Shown: positions 24,122-38,000 of the stretch, piece by piece
Numbering within the stretch: the stretch's first letter is position 1
How the letters are laid out: each line of letters starts with the position of its first letter
Assembly (NCBI GenBank): GCA_051294905.1
Contig: CM119372.1
Location: forward strand, 4,776,001 to 4,840,000
Direction of reading: 5' to 3'
Origin: Botryllus schlosseri
Lineage: Eukaryota
DNA: 64,000 nucleotides
Notes under the pieces: generated by a model
What the model saw: only the letters and a program-made list of their open reading frames with translations
Database searches by the model: none
What the model was told of the DNA's origin: nothing
Translations under genes and position numbers: made by a program

Positions 24122-26391
24122 AACCAAGACTAAACAGCGGACCGCCTGGGGCCGTGTTGCTTCGAATGGAAGGGTGTCGTCGCAGTGTTCGGATAACAAA
24201 TGTAAATTTGTGGTACATGCTCGTTCGTTTTTCATCTTGGTGCACACTGCACAACGTCTGAAAACCAAGTTTATATATCAGTGCCATTGTGGTCCCTGGT
24301 CACAATCAGTCAGTCAGTCAGTCAGTATGCTTTTATGCATCCCACCAACAAACACAACATGTATGTATTGGGAGACGACGGGGAACCGGAAGGTCTTAGA
24401 TTCAGTCGCCACCCAGCGGAGTTATAAATGAGTAAATATGGCAAGATGTAAGTCTATCACTTACGATTATGACAGTTAACCAATGGACATAAAAATAACA
24501 AAAGATCACAATACCAAACTCCGTTACAAAGCAATATTCGATACTGATTTTTGGGGGTTCCAGGGCCACGAGCAGAATAAAGTTGATATTTTCGAAATCA
24601 GCACCTCGGCAGCTTTCGATCGATACCCATCTTATAAAATTTAATTCTCGGAAAGCCGGACAAAAATTACCATCAAATTCCCTTTAGGCAAAGAGAAAGT
24701 GTGACGTAGCCCAGTTTCACTGATCCGTGAGATTTGCTTGGGTCCACTGTCCACTAGGGCTGTTCGAAAAAAACTTTTTTTCCTGAATCTTGCTAGTTAC
24801 GTGATTAAATCGTTAGGTTGCCTTAAAAAACGACGCACACCAAATTTGAATTCATTCCAACCAAAATTCGCGGATTTCGTAGAGTTTGAAAATTTTGAGT
24901 TTACCCAAAAATGCAAAAAAAAAAAATTTCATCAAATTTTTCTGTCAACCGCATGAAATTGTTGCGCTGTCTTCAAAAACAATGCAAAACAAATTTGACT
25001 CAATTCCAACCCGTAGAAGCTGAGTTATTTGAGTTTTTCTTTGGTAATTCGGGGATGATCATTGATCTGGATAATCCAAGAATTATCATCAAAAAACTCA
25101 AATTTGCATTTGCGCACGTGCGTAGCTTAGAGGGAACATTGGCCCTAGCTATATGTTACGGAGTACGTTATGTTGTAATTTTTGCAGTGGCTCGAGTGCA
25201 GTTTTACTGGCAGCCCCCAACAGAGGATGCCCTATTGTAACTTCGATTGGATTAAGTATTTAAAGAGTATCAGAAGAGCCCAGGCTGGCATGAAGCGTCT
25301 AAGGCTGTGGGCTGTCCGAAAATGGTAACCCTTATATAAGGATCTCCCGCAGATTTTGCGTTTTCAGCATTGCATTTTGAGATCAGTTTGTTACGGACAA
25401 GTGTGGGTTTGTATATGACGTCACCGATTCATTCGCAAAAATTATCTGCCAATCCAAGTATTATATTCATTTTGCGGCGTCTCAGAGGCTGTCTTGTGGA
25501 TGCCAGATTAAGAGACCGCAACTGCTGGCCGTTTGGCATCCTCCTATCTCTTCATTACACCGCATTAGCACTTATCGCATTGTAGATTGCGTGTGTGTTG
25601 ATCAGAGGAAAATCTGACGATTATAATATTTGATATTGATATATTATTAATTATACGAGACTTCTTGCTGACAGAATGCCCAGGCCAGATCGTCACCGCT
25701 TGTGGGCACAGACGAGTCATAGTTCGTGTCGAAGGCAGTGTGCAGCACACTACAGTGTGCACTGTTCAATTGTGCATTGCGATGGCGACTCGAATTACGA
25801 GCCGCAAGTTGCCAGCAGGGCTGCACAAAATGAGTACCTGAGCGATTCTATTTTGAATCGAGGATTAAGCTTCAAGTCGAGTCCAGTCCACTAATGACGA
25901 CGTCATAACTATGTGGCTGATGCGAAAAGTTCAAATATGTTCCTGTTATGAAGGCACAAAAAACATAATGCCATAATATCTCGCATATGTCTAATAAATT
26001 GCATTAGAGATAATTTTGGCATTTATTCGACCGTACGTATTTCATTGCACTTTGTGACAATTTGGCGGGCTGATCACGACTTCACATGAATGTCGTTCGT
26101 ACTAACGTGCATAGTTTTAGTGTAGGCGGATCGATAAATTCTCTGATCTGACTCCGATCCGAACCCTAGGCCGGATTCTTGAAATGACTTGAAAGATCCG
26201 ATCACAAAAAAAAAACGATAATCATCATCTGCGTTTCTACGTTCTATATATTTCTAGTAAACTACAAAAACAGTAGGTCATACGATACGGGTTCAGAATA
26301 CAATAACAGCTCACAGGTTCGTTTTTGACACAGGTTTTTATTGGCGGCTACCATCGCCTGGTTGGTAGTTACATACAACATTCATGATGGC

Positions 26392-27439
26392 TAGGGCGAT
26401 TTTTTTTTGACATGTCAAAATTTGTCAAAATTGTAGCGTTAGGCCTACCGTTGTAAACGGCTAATTGTCTGCTCATTGTGAATCATAAACGGTCAAATAA
26501 AACAAATAGGTAGACATGGTGTTATGGTCAACGTACCGCAATATCCTATCTGAAGAAAGACTTCTTGGGCATTGCATCATTCTTATATTACGAAGCGCAT
26601 GATGAAAAAGTGTGATGTAGACAACATTGTCAGAATGAAGCAACACAGTGTGTGACCAGCAGTGTACACTCAACTTGAGTGTTGTCAGCCAACAACTGCT
26701 ACTGTTGAGCGTCCTTGGCAAGCTTCTTAGTAAGGACATGCACTTTCTACCCAAGAATGTAGGAAAGTATCTCTCGTTGTACTACAAGAAAATTTAATTA
26801 TTTCTACCATAATACGTATCGTAACCACTGGAATTCTTAATAGGGTCAGATTTCGCTAAAATAGTGTTTTTTTTTCATGTAAAAAGTGGCCTGTTTCTAT
26901 GCCAGAAACGTTTTTTCAGGCCAAATTACTGCGTTAGGACAGCCAGAAATGAATTTTAACATTATATGGGAAAACACCTAATTTGCATACAGCTTCTTTG
27001 AGGTACAGAACTTCAATATTTCAATTGAATAGTATATTCATATTGAAATGAACCCGAATATTTTCGGCTGACACTCGTCAGGGGTAATCGTCAGCAACTA
27101 GTAGAGAATTCGAAAGAACAGCGTATATCAACAATCGTAACACAAAATATGACGTCACCAGCACGAAATGTCGAATACGAGAGCGTTGAATGTACTATTT
27201 TTAGATGATACACGAACTCTTTTTGTTGACACAGCCTTGGCTGGTGTATTTGATTACCCCTGACGAGTGTCAGCCGAAAATATTCGGGTTCATTTCAATA
27301 TGAATATACTATTCAATTGTAATTTGCATACGTAAGGTCAAAATTTGGTCAAAATTCAGTTTGTTTGGGTCAAAAAAAGTCAAAATTAATATTTTTTAGG
27401 TCAAAATTTACCTTTTTTTAGGTAAAAAAAAACGCCCTA
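26392..27439. mobile_element. hAT-like MITE (TAGGGCG), host to the hammerhead element
   Basis: tagggcgatttt...aaacgcccta; TSD atgatggc at 26384-26391 and 27440-27447. Confidence 0.8.
26991..27319. mobile_element. Same hammerhead repeat as an inverted pair, flanked by a 12-bp target-site duplication
   Basis: Intact cores at 27052-27085 (-) and 27256-27289 (+). TSD taatttgcatac at 26979-26990 and 27320-27331. Nested in MITE 26392-27439. Confidence 0.75.
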
Positions 27440-27600
27440 ATGATGGCTTTTGCGACAGAGCCGGCTAAAAATATGACTTTGTGATGGAACCGGTTAAAAT
27501 ATCCCTTTAGTCAGTGATAGAACCGGACCGGATGTCGAAAATCTGAATCAGCGGCGGATTTTGGAAGTGAATATCAAGATAACAGTATAATAGTTTAGTG

Positions 27601-29296
27601 CAGTGGTACTCAACCTGTGGTACGCATACCACTAGGGGTGCGCAAAGTCATTTCACGTGGTAGACAATAGGCATTAAAAGCATTTGTTTTTCAGTAAAAT
27701 TACAGTCGTCATATATCGTAATTTCTAATGTAACGAATGTCGTCATCGAATGAATAGATGAATACTGGACTCGGCTTCTCCCATTCTTGATCACCTGTGC
27801 AGAAGTAACAATTGCAACCCTCACCTTAATTTTGCCTTGCTAGTGCCTAGGCTGATATTCTTTATTATGATTTCGTCGCTGCATTGTCAGTGTGCCTTAA
27901 AATAATCAGGGGTGGATTCGGAATGGGCAGAGGTGGTCGAAGTAGTCATGAAAACTACTAAAGTAGAAGTAGAAAAAGCGAAGCAAAGATCTACTCAAGT
28001 ACGAGTAGAAGTAGTAATGTTAAAAGCAACCTCAAACTGCTACAAGTAGAATTAGAATTAACTGACTTTAAATCTACTCAAGTGAGTAGTTTTAGTAAAC
28101 AGTCCTAATTCGTTCTTATGGACTGTCAAAAGATGCAAATTGAGCTATGCGGAAGGTGCAGAGAGCTTGATTTGTATTGATGAATCCCAGTAGGTATCAA
28201 TTTTCGACAGAATAAACATTCTTTCGCATCATGGGATGCAAATTATAGTATTGATATGAAAATGCGATACTAACCCTTCGTTTACTCGAAGACCTCGTTT
28301 TAGAGGATATCATGACATGGCGCCCTACCCTATTATCAGGCCCAAAGCTTAGGCGAAAAGCAATACGGAGAAGATGTCATTTAGTGTAGGCTAGCTATAT
28401 TTTCGGAAAATAGAGGCAATACTACACTTGCTTTTATTCTTGGAGATGTATGTTCTGCAGACAAAAGAACTGAAAGTAATTAGAACTCAAAGTATGATAC
28501 TCGGAATTGAAAGTGGAATACAAATACCACTTCTAAAAAGCGGAAAATATATTTCATGTCTTTTGTCCATAAAGCTTCAAAGGTGGTATGCTAAAACAGG
28601 TGTAACGTTAAAAAAGCCGGATTCTTCAGATTAGTAGGACACGTCATGGGCTGCTAGATTACGATATGATAGGTAATTGCTAGATTTCGAAACGGTAGTT
28701 TCACACGTTATGGTGGGCCATATTTAATGTGATGAAATATTTGATATGGACGACAACCGACAATGCGGTGTGAGCGGAACCACGCAATCCGGTAACTAAA
28801 ATATATTCACTGATACTTTCGAGAAAACATATTTGTCACTCCACTACTGTGCGCGAAGCGCTACAAAGGTTCTGGGCTTTCCTTGACTTTTATGAATATT
28901 AAATGTTGGTACTCCGTGAAAACAGCCCCGAAATTCATCTTTCTCATAGGGGGATTAAACTACTTATACTTGACAAACTGAAAATAGCGAAAAGTGAGTA
29001 AGTAGATCTCAAAATATTACGAAGTAGAAGTAGAAGTAGGAAAATCAGATCGACTTGAGCAAGTACCAGAAGTAGAGTGAAACTACTTGAGTACTTCCAA
29101 AAAGTAGAAGTACTTCGTTGCCGACCACCTCTGGGGATGGGTCGCATTTATTGCGATATGCCCGGTTCAACTTGTTTGCTAATCCGCCCACGTTAATAAT
29201 CATATAAACATTTTGGGTGAAGTTGAGTTCTCATTAATTTGTTGTCACGTACAAAAGTCATAGAACCTCAAGGTAAGAAAAGGTTGAGAACCTCTG
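27601..29296. mobile_element. hAT-like non-autonomous element (CAGTGGT) with a nested insertion
   Basis: cagtggtactcaacct...aggttgagaacctctg; TSD gtttagtg on both sides. Confidence 0.82.
27928..29133. mobile_element. hAT-like non-autonomous element (CAGAGGTGGTC, AGTAG-rich subterminal repeats)
   Basis: TIR cagaggtggtc; TSD ggaatggg/gggatggg. A second copy lies at 57858-59134. Confidence 0.85.
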
Positions 29297-30637
29297 GTTT
29301 AGTGGGATCAGCACCTGATATACCCAGCAGCTACTCAGTACTCTTGCAGTTGCATGTTTGCAACACGACAAAATTATTGGGGTGATAGGCTACCAGTAAT
29401 GAAGGCATGACCTGTTGACATGGCAGTCGATAAATTAGTTTGGAAACGGAAAATATGCCCTGACGAACATGATGTTGCAAAAATCCAGGTCGAAGAGACC
29501 AGATCCGACTGGAAAAATCCTCGAGTGGGATCTCAGGTCGATAGCCGATAGCGCATTGTTTCACTGCGCTGCTATTGTCCGATTGTTAGGCGAACAATCG
29601 GTGAGGCAAATTCTTTTTTCCATCACCTTACATTGTTTCATTTTATTTTGAGATAGTTTTGGTGCTCTGACATTATTAATATTTGGATATTCCGAGTCGG
29701 AGTGCGACAAAAGCAATCGATTAATACCGGTTAATACAAATTATGAGCTGTTTATGACGAATCACGCTATCTCACGTGAAGCTTGGCTCGTCCGTGCCTC
29801 ACCAGTGCTGCACCTCTCCTTTCGCCCTATATTTTGAACTATATATATCCAAATTGTGTTATTTTGGGTGAAGAAATGTTCAAAATTGGTCATTCACGAA
29901 CATCGGTAAAAGGATTGCAGTATTTCGTCATTTTCTTTTACTTAATTATTCTGACGACAGACTTGCTTGCCCTGATTCATGATGCAACATAGTGTAACCG
30001 AGACATTGTGATGAATAGTGCACAGCTGCTAATAGAGGATTGCCGACCCCAAAAATATGGAGGGAAGACACCTTTCTAACCCTGGTTACGCCACTGGGCT
30101 CTACCAATGAATATGAAAATGTTTCTAATTTATTTCTTCAATTTAAGCGATCCGGCAAGACAGACATGATGGAAAGCACGAAAACAATAATTTCAAATTA
30201 AACGTAGGCCTATGGACAGAAAAAGGAAGGGACGATACGACCTGATGTTCAAATGGTAATTCCCTTCTCGAGAGCATAAGTATAATATTACGCATAAGTG
30301 GTTGATCCTTGAGACAGAAGAAGAGAGGAGTTTAAAAACACAAATAAAAACTGATCCGAAGGCACCTAACATGTCAAGTCTATTTGTTATTTATGTGCTC
30401 TGGAGTCGACATTAATCAAAATTCGCCAACCTATAGTTTGCGCCAACAAACAGAGTGCATAATCTAGAAATTGTATTGAGCTTAAGCCATCTGTTTGACT
30501 CGTTTATTCGAATTTTCATGCCTGGTCGGCGTGATTACGTCCAAAGGTAGCAAGTAGCTCGAAAGACGGCAAGAAGAATAGGAAGTCGATGAGAAGGGGA
30601 AACTTCAGCTAGTATCTCTACTATATACTATATCTAC

Positions 30638-33068
30638 CAGTGGCGGCTCGTCCTATAGGGCAACTGGGGCATTGCCCCACCTAAAATTCTGTTCAATAAC
30701 AATTTAACCATTTATAGACGCACAGCAATCAGTATATACCGAGATCACGGCGAAACCCGCATTATTCTTGTGCTTTCGCTAACAAATGCCCATACATAGC
30801 GAAGTCTCTGCGAAAATCGAATTCTCTTCTGTGTTTTCGCTTTGTGGATGCCTAGCCGGGGCTTGCCCCGGTAGCGCTCATAACAAGCTTTCACTATCTA
30901 TTCTCTCAAAGCCGCGCACAATAAAGAAACGGTGATTTACTCTCTCCTATTCGTAAAATGGCCGAGCAAGTGGGGCAACCATGCCTGTCGCCCTTAAGGT
31001 GTGATGTAACAATCGTATCTATATCTGAACTCGGTTACCGTGATATGCGTTGACTCGACCTTTGCTGGTATATGTCGATTTTGACGGTGTTTCGCACCAT
31101 GATAATTCTTGAAACTTGGTACGATATGTCGTGAAGGTAGTATTTAGCACTGCTCCAAGTTTCAGGCTTGCTACTCAAAGATAAGGGTGGTAATTTCGTT
31201 TCCGAAGTTCAGTGTGTGCTGATCTATCATGTACATTGTACAGCAAACAGATTTTACTCAAAAGCCGGTATTGGTCTCCATTGATTTTGACGATGTTCCA
31301 TACCGAGATCGGTCATGATATTTGGCACAGTAAGTCTTAATGTTAGTATCGACCGCTGTAATAAGTTTTAAGTTTGTCACTGAACTATGTGGGTGGTAAT
31401 TTCGTTTCCAAAGTCGAGTGAGAGCTGACTCTTCATTTATCGCTAACAGATTTACGCAAAAGCTGTTATTGGTCTCTATTGATTTTAACGATGTTCCATA
31501 CCTAGATCTGTCATGAGCTTTTGCACGGTATGTCTTGATTTTAGTATCGAACGCGGTGCCAAGTCTTAAAGTTGACGCTCAATGATTGAGGCAGTTATTT
31601 CGTTTTCGAGGTCGAGTATGGTAGAGATGCGCGCTGATCTGATACTTAGCCTACCTACATCATTGGGGATCTCACGGAAAAGCCGGTGTCTGTCTGTGCT
31701 AATCTAGTCTGCGTTCCATAACGAGATCGGTGATGATATTTCCAATGGTATATCTCGATGATCGCATGAAACAGCTAACTAAGATTCTCGGTTTGCATTC
31801 AAATATTCACATAATTTTATGTTCGCCAATGTGCATTTCACTGTGAAATTGTGGCCTTCAAACCATTTGCTTACAATCCCCTGTCAAATGCGATAGCTAT
31901 TTCATTTTCGATGTCGGCTAACAGCTGATCATTCGATCAGCCTATTCCTCGATCTATTTTACTCAAAGTTCGGTGTTCGTCTGTTTGTATTGATTTTGAC
32001 AGTGTACCATGCCGGAATGGGTTATGAGATTGCGAATGCTACTTCTCGATGATTTCATGTAACAGTATGCTAAGTTTACGGCTTTCATTCATGTATTTAT
32101 TGATTAATATATTTTCCAACGGCGATTTGGCAGCAGACAGTAAGCCGTATGTGTTGCGTCACAATCTCCAGTTTCAAGGCCAAAATGTACTATGTTGTTC
32201 CGAGACCGAAGTTCCGAGGCTGCTGTCCTTAGTTCTTCAAAGACCATTCAAATTGATGTTCTGGATTCAATATGACAGGCCCAATCTATGAGATAACAAT
32301 TGCGTATGTGTCCGAAGTCGTTGACCTTTGCAGTTAGGCTTACGCAATCTCTCGAGTTCTAGTCATTGGAATTAGTCTGGTCAAGTCAAGTGCGAACATG
32401 AATCGTATTGAATCTTTGCTCCGTACGTAGGCTAGTTTACGCAGTTGCCTTTAGAGCGAAAATTAAAGGTCTAGAAGACTACTCCTTGTCACTTCGACGT
32501 ATTCCTGTCTTTTCATTGTATCGCATTTTTGTGGTGTATTGAACTGATAAAATTGCTAATAAACCAATGATGATGATGATAGAAATTGTCCAGTCCATTG
32601 ATCCAATCGTACGCCGGGTACCTCCGCTTTGGTTGCCTATCACCTGGTCGTAACTCGTAACCACCAGCTCAGTGGTCGTAACACACCAGGATCGTGTACG
32701 AAACACTTTCGGACGGCCTATCGATTTGCGTAATCTCTAACTCTACCATGAAATCATAACGCATGCTACTAAGGATGACCTGATAATTGATTCGTGGCAT
32801 AGGGACGATTCTTAGTTCACGTACATTATGTAAAATAATCCTTTGATTAAAAAAAAATGAATAAAACATTTGTTACCACACTTCAAGTCACGGCTCACCG
32901 GCAAACCTCTCACGGCACCTACGTTAAAATCACTGTTGTCGGGAAATTCATGTGACCATCATATTAAAGTTACTTTTTTACGTTGGAAAACGCCATTGTG
33001 ACGTCATGTTGATAAAAGTCGCTCGCAGCCCTTGCCCCACCACCCGATATTGTCACGAGCCGCCACTG
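30638..33068. mobile_element. hAT-like non-autonomous element (CAGTGGCGGCTCGT) with an internal ~200-bp degenerate tandem array
   Basis: 14-bp TIR cagtggcggctcgt at both ends. Recurring gattttgacg-like units at ~31077, 31283, 31480, ~31700 and 31992. TSD is imperfect. Confidence 0.75.
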
Positions 33069-34329
33069 AATCTACTATAGGTCCTGAAGTAGGTGCATCC
33101 AGACATCGGAATCTCCAGTAAGGCCATGAGCATTATTTGGTGATATGATTGTTGATATACAATGTTCATTTCAATTCTCTATAGTAGTTGATGACGATTA
33201 CCCCTGACGAATGTCACCCGAATATATTCGGGTTTATTTCAATATGAATATAGTTTTCAATTACATACATCAATTAAAAGCTCTGCAGTATATATTCAGG
33301 AAATAACAAGAACACACACTAATCACAGACTAAATAAATATTTAATTTTCAAGAAGATATAGACTATGTCAATGAACATTTAAATATGTTAAGACTTCGT
33401 TCTCGAATTGTAACGGGTTATGCTATTCCCAATAATCCTATTGCTTCGATTTTTTTTCTGGAGTCTTTTACACACAAAGGATTGGTACCGGATCGTCGTA
33501 CTAAAAGGCAAAAAAATCCATTTATAGTAAGCCAAATGAAACCTAATTTATTGCAGAACGGCGAGATAAAGAGGTTCGTCGCTAAATAAAACAATAATTT
33601 ATGCATATTGAAACAGAGAATCATAAATCGATAATTTCACTTCGTCGGAAATCTCAAGACTTTGTACTGAACAAATCGCAGTCTACAGAGAGACTGCCCA
33701 ACGGCAATGAGTCAAAACAGAATTTATTACCATTTTTACAAGCGGCCAAGACACCCTTGCGGCTTTATACCGACCGGTGACCCAATTTTCGTACAGGTAT
33801 AGCTCGACGCGAACGCGAGCCGATATCACCGAAAACATTACCTTCGCCATTTTGTACGGAGTAATCGCTATTCGCACCCGTGCCATTGACATGTAGGTAG
33901 ATAGTGTTAGATAAAATCCTTACGTATTAATACGAATTACCAAATAATTTCGTGTTTGCGCTTCATGTTTGATGCGTATTGCAATAAGAAAGACCAATTA
34001 CTCGGCTATTCCTATTCAACAATTGTGCTTACTGTGGATGTAAGAGCAGAATAGCCACGGCCACGGCCACATTGGTAATAGTAATCAACGATGTAAAATT
34101 TGTACTAGTTTTCGGGCTCTTATTAGGCTGCAGGTTCTAATGAGGCTTGGTTTCGGGCTCAAACGTAATCGGGCTGTAGGTTACTGTTTCGATGATTTGC
34201 TTACTTTTCTCAATAAAAATACACCAAGCTGACATTTACTAGGGCTGGGCACAATGATTCGAGTACCAGAAAGTGCTACTGCAACCCACTCTATGGCACA
34301 AGTATACGTTTGTTCATCACGATGAGGGT

Positions 34330-34605
34330 AGTTGTGTATGATAATCATGGTGTTTCGACTACATTGGTCATATTACACCACGCTGATATTCGTTATTATG
34401 ATTCTGTATTACCGACTTGCAGCACGGCCCACTTCTTGGCCTTTCCAAGGCACCGCTTACGCGGATCCCGTGGCGAGGTGGAGCCTAGATAAACCTCCAA
34501 TACTACCGTAGGAATTCTGGGGTCGACCTCGGTCAGACTCGAACCCGCAATCCATAGGTAATAGGTGTTCCATCTGTGGAACGTACCACTACGCTATCTC
34601 GCCAC
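34330..34605 (-). mobile_element. tRNA-derived SINE, second family, with a 13-bp TSD
   Basis: A box TAGCGTAGTGG, B box GGTTCGAGTCT; TSD tcacgatgagggt at 34317-34329 and 34606-34618. A decayed relative lies at ~53410-53545. Confidence 0.8.
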
Positions 34606-34903
34606 TCACGATGAGGGTGCATCTGTACTAAATAGTTTCCGATTGTATTGAAGATCCCGTATGTTTGTTTCCCGAAAACCTTGGAGTTACGCCGTGGCAA
34701 TAACGATGTTTACTGATTATAGTCAACGAATTTGCCTCCCTAACTACCCCTGCTAGTCAACCATAATTTATTGGTTGTCTCGACAGCCTGGACGTTTCCC
34801 TTCATTCGACCGTTTTATGGCATGTGTGCCGTAATGATTGCTGCTGATTACTGTTTGTACTGGTAAGTAAACAAATGGCTATGTTACCTCATAACTCATC
34901 GGC

Positions 34904-34910
<7 letters not shown>

Positions 34911-34934
<24 letters not shown>
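34911..34934. repeat. (CT)n microsatellite
   Basis: Direct read. Confidence 0.9.
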
Positions 34935-35068
34935 GATTGTTGATATCTAAATTTCATAGAACATCGGGAATGATGATCTACATCTGTGCACTTCTGTTCT
35001 ACAAGTTTCCAGGTCTCTGCATTAGAGGTAAGAGAGATCTGCATTCTCTTGCGGGGTGTCGTCTGTAG

Positions 35069-38000
35069 TATAGGGTTGGTGTGAACGTGAGGTTCACGTT
35101 CGCGTTCTGTGTGTGAACCTCAGAAATTTAGCGGTTCACGTTCACAAACGAACCTTGCATGGTAGGTTCTGCACATTGAACCTTTTTCATATATTACAAT
35201 TTTCACGTCATTATAACATCTTTGGTTTAAATTTATTGCATTTCAACCGCGGGCCACTCCATGCACGGCGCTGGCAGCATGAAAGATCAACACTAAACGA
35301 GCATGCACCTTGAAAATCTCAAAAAATTTACTTGCTTTGTTACAAAAGTTTGCTCGAAATATCCAGCTTTCGCTTTGTGAATATTTAGTGACTCTCGGCT
35401 GTGAGCTTGACCCGCAATCATACAACATCAAGAGCGAAATACAATACATGTTGGTAGTCAGCGAATGATGCTCGTTCAACCAATCAATGAAATTGATATC
35501 GTTGTCTGATAGGCCTACTACCCATTTCATCTTTGTATTTCGAATTGCAATCTCCATATTTACTGACGGCCACTCCCGACGAGGGTCAGTTGAAAAGCTT
35601 AGAGTGAATAAATTGCGAATATGAATGTGCTGTCCGTTGCAATATTCAAATTCTGTACCACAAGCAACCTATTTAGATACAATAAACATATGCAATCAAG
35701 ATTCACCCCGTACGCGTGCTAGACTTTTTACATCAGACAACGATATCAATTTAATATATTGGTTGAATAAGCATCATTCGCTGACTACCTACATGTAGTG
35801 TATTTCGCTCTTGATGTTGTGTGATTGCGGGTCAGGCTCACAGCAGAGAGTCACTAAATATTCACAAACGGAAAGGTGGATATTTCGAGTAAACTTTTGT
35901 AAGAAAGCATTCAGACCGTTCATTTTCTGCTTCAACAAGTAGATTTCAATATCCAATTGACTAACAAACGTCTGCAAAATCTGGTCTTGACCTACTTTTT
36001 GAAACTACTTCATGAGTACTATTTACCATGATATGATGGTATATCTTATAAGTGTATGTGTGCACAAAAGCAACCCACAATAGGTAGAAAGTTCCTGCCA
36101 CTGTCCATTTCAGGTTTAATAGACTTGTGCACAGCCAATGATATATAAATGATTGTTCACAGCATATACTTTGCATAGTCATTTAATTGTAATGTTGTCC
36201 ATGTCCAGTATGTCAATTCCTACAATCATAATTGACTTGCAAGATGGTGACTTCGAAGAATGGGACGGAATAGAGACTGTCCAACAATCCCCTTCACTCA
36301 ACAAATTTCCGACTTACACATCATAATCTATTCCTTAAACAGTCGAGGTGATCATGGAAGAAGTTGATCGAATCCGAGCGTCATAACAATGTGTCATCGG
36401 ATGGGTATTACAGAAGCAGGATTTTGAACAGCTTAAATACCTCACCTCTTCATGGACTCCTAAATGCGCTGATACTAGTCGTGACTAAATTTCAATGAGG
36501 ATGCCAACACCATAATATCATTGAGAATTTTATACAGGGTATAGATATTTCATTTACTATAGCACTTAAAAACTGCATAAACAACTTTTGTTATAATGTC
36601 AGACTTGTTGTCATCTAAATTCAGAATAACAAGAACCAAAATCCTAGTCAACAGAAAGCATTTAAGTCAAGTCAATATGTAGCAAAAAGGGATTTTCCTG
36701 TTTATGCAAATTACAATCTCTGATATAGCCTACCTATGTTGAAGCCATTCGATAAATGTACTGTGTGCATCTATTTTTGTTGTAATTTATGAAACCGTGC
36801 TTTGCTATTATGAACAATCGAATAACTGTGCCTAATAGTTGATAACGTGAATGTTTCTTGTCACGTAACAAAAATATATGTTCTCAAATGTTATTTTTTC
36901 GAGCTTTCTTATTCTACCTTAATGACATAACAGTACCGTACTGCAGTTGGATGGTAGAGCAGCGATTTTACATGACGTTGAGCATTGGAGGGCATTGAAG
37001 CATCAAGTACCATGGCAGTTGAACACTAGTATGTTTCCAGCCTCTTTAGAAATCAATTATTCTTTAAAAATTACCATATCGCAGGTAAGGCCAGATTTCC
37101 TGATCAGGCTAAAAATGATTCCAATAACGGGTCAAGACTCAATCTCTTGGTGATAATGAGGTAGTCTGCTCGATGGATTGGCAAAACTGTCCGTATCAAA
37201 TTTATCATTGTTGTTGTTTTCTTGTCTCCTTGATAAGCTTCCCTGCTCACGAATTTTGTTGCTGTTTCTGCGGCATAAGAATATGTCCAGTTTTGCAGTA
37301 GCGGCATATCTTTTTCCAGCTAGTACAAGTGAAGCAATATTATCTTTAATGCAATATGGCTTAAAATGGCAGTTGTAGCTGAACTTGGTTGTGGTATTCA
37401 CAAGGCACACAAAATTATCCACAGATTGCATTGTAGTGTCCATCTCCTCATCTCTCGCACTCGAATAATATGCATAGTCTTTCAGCAAGACTATTTTTCT
37501 CTGCATCAATCGATCCAATGAGTATCAAATCCAATCCGGCACCAATCGTCAAAGTATTATTCATTTTGACTACAATCTTTGGAAATATCTCAATGTCTGA
37601 AGCAGAGTGGAACATGACATGGTTGCTTCTCATGGACTGCCCGGCGTCCCAGAATCCCATTTAAGATAATGATTTGCACTTTTATTAAGATCCCTAAATT
37701 CTTTTCAATTTCCTCGCGGTTGTGGGTTGCTTTGCGGCTGTTTCAATACACAAACAATCTTTTCTTGAAAGTTAGAATGGGCTACAACTTTTAAATTGGT
37801 CAATTACGGTCCTGTAAAAAATTTATGCATTAGACATTTACAGAATGGGAATTTGTTATGTCACAGTTTTGCCAGTCAACTACAATTGAAATCAAGGTAA
37901 ATATTCAAGCCGTCAGTATTTTCCGTATTACCGCAATCAATGAAATTGATATCGTTGTCTGATAGGCCTACTACCCATTTCATCTTTGTATTTCGAATTG

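Noticed and set aside
24428..25585. Divergent plus-strand gene (ATGAGT...GAT|GTAAGT plus ORF 25370-25585)
   Set aside because: The phases do not join without a stop, and there is no recognisable protein.
35910..37933. Functional transposase or OTU gene
   Set aside because: Short ORFs with multiple stops; the family cannot be assigned by eye.
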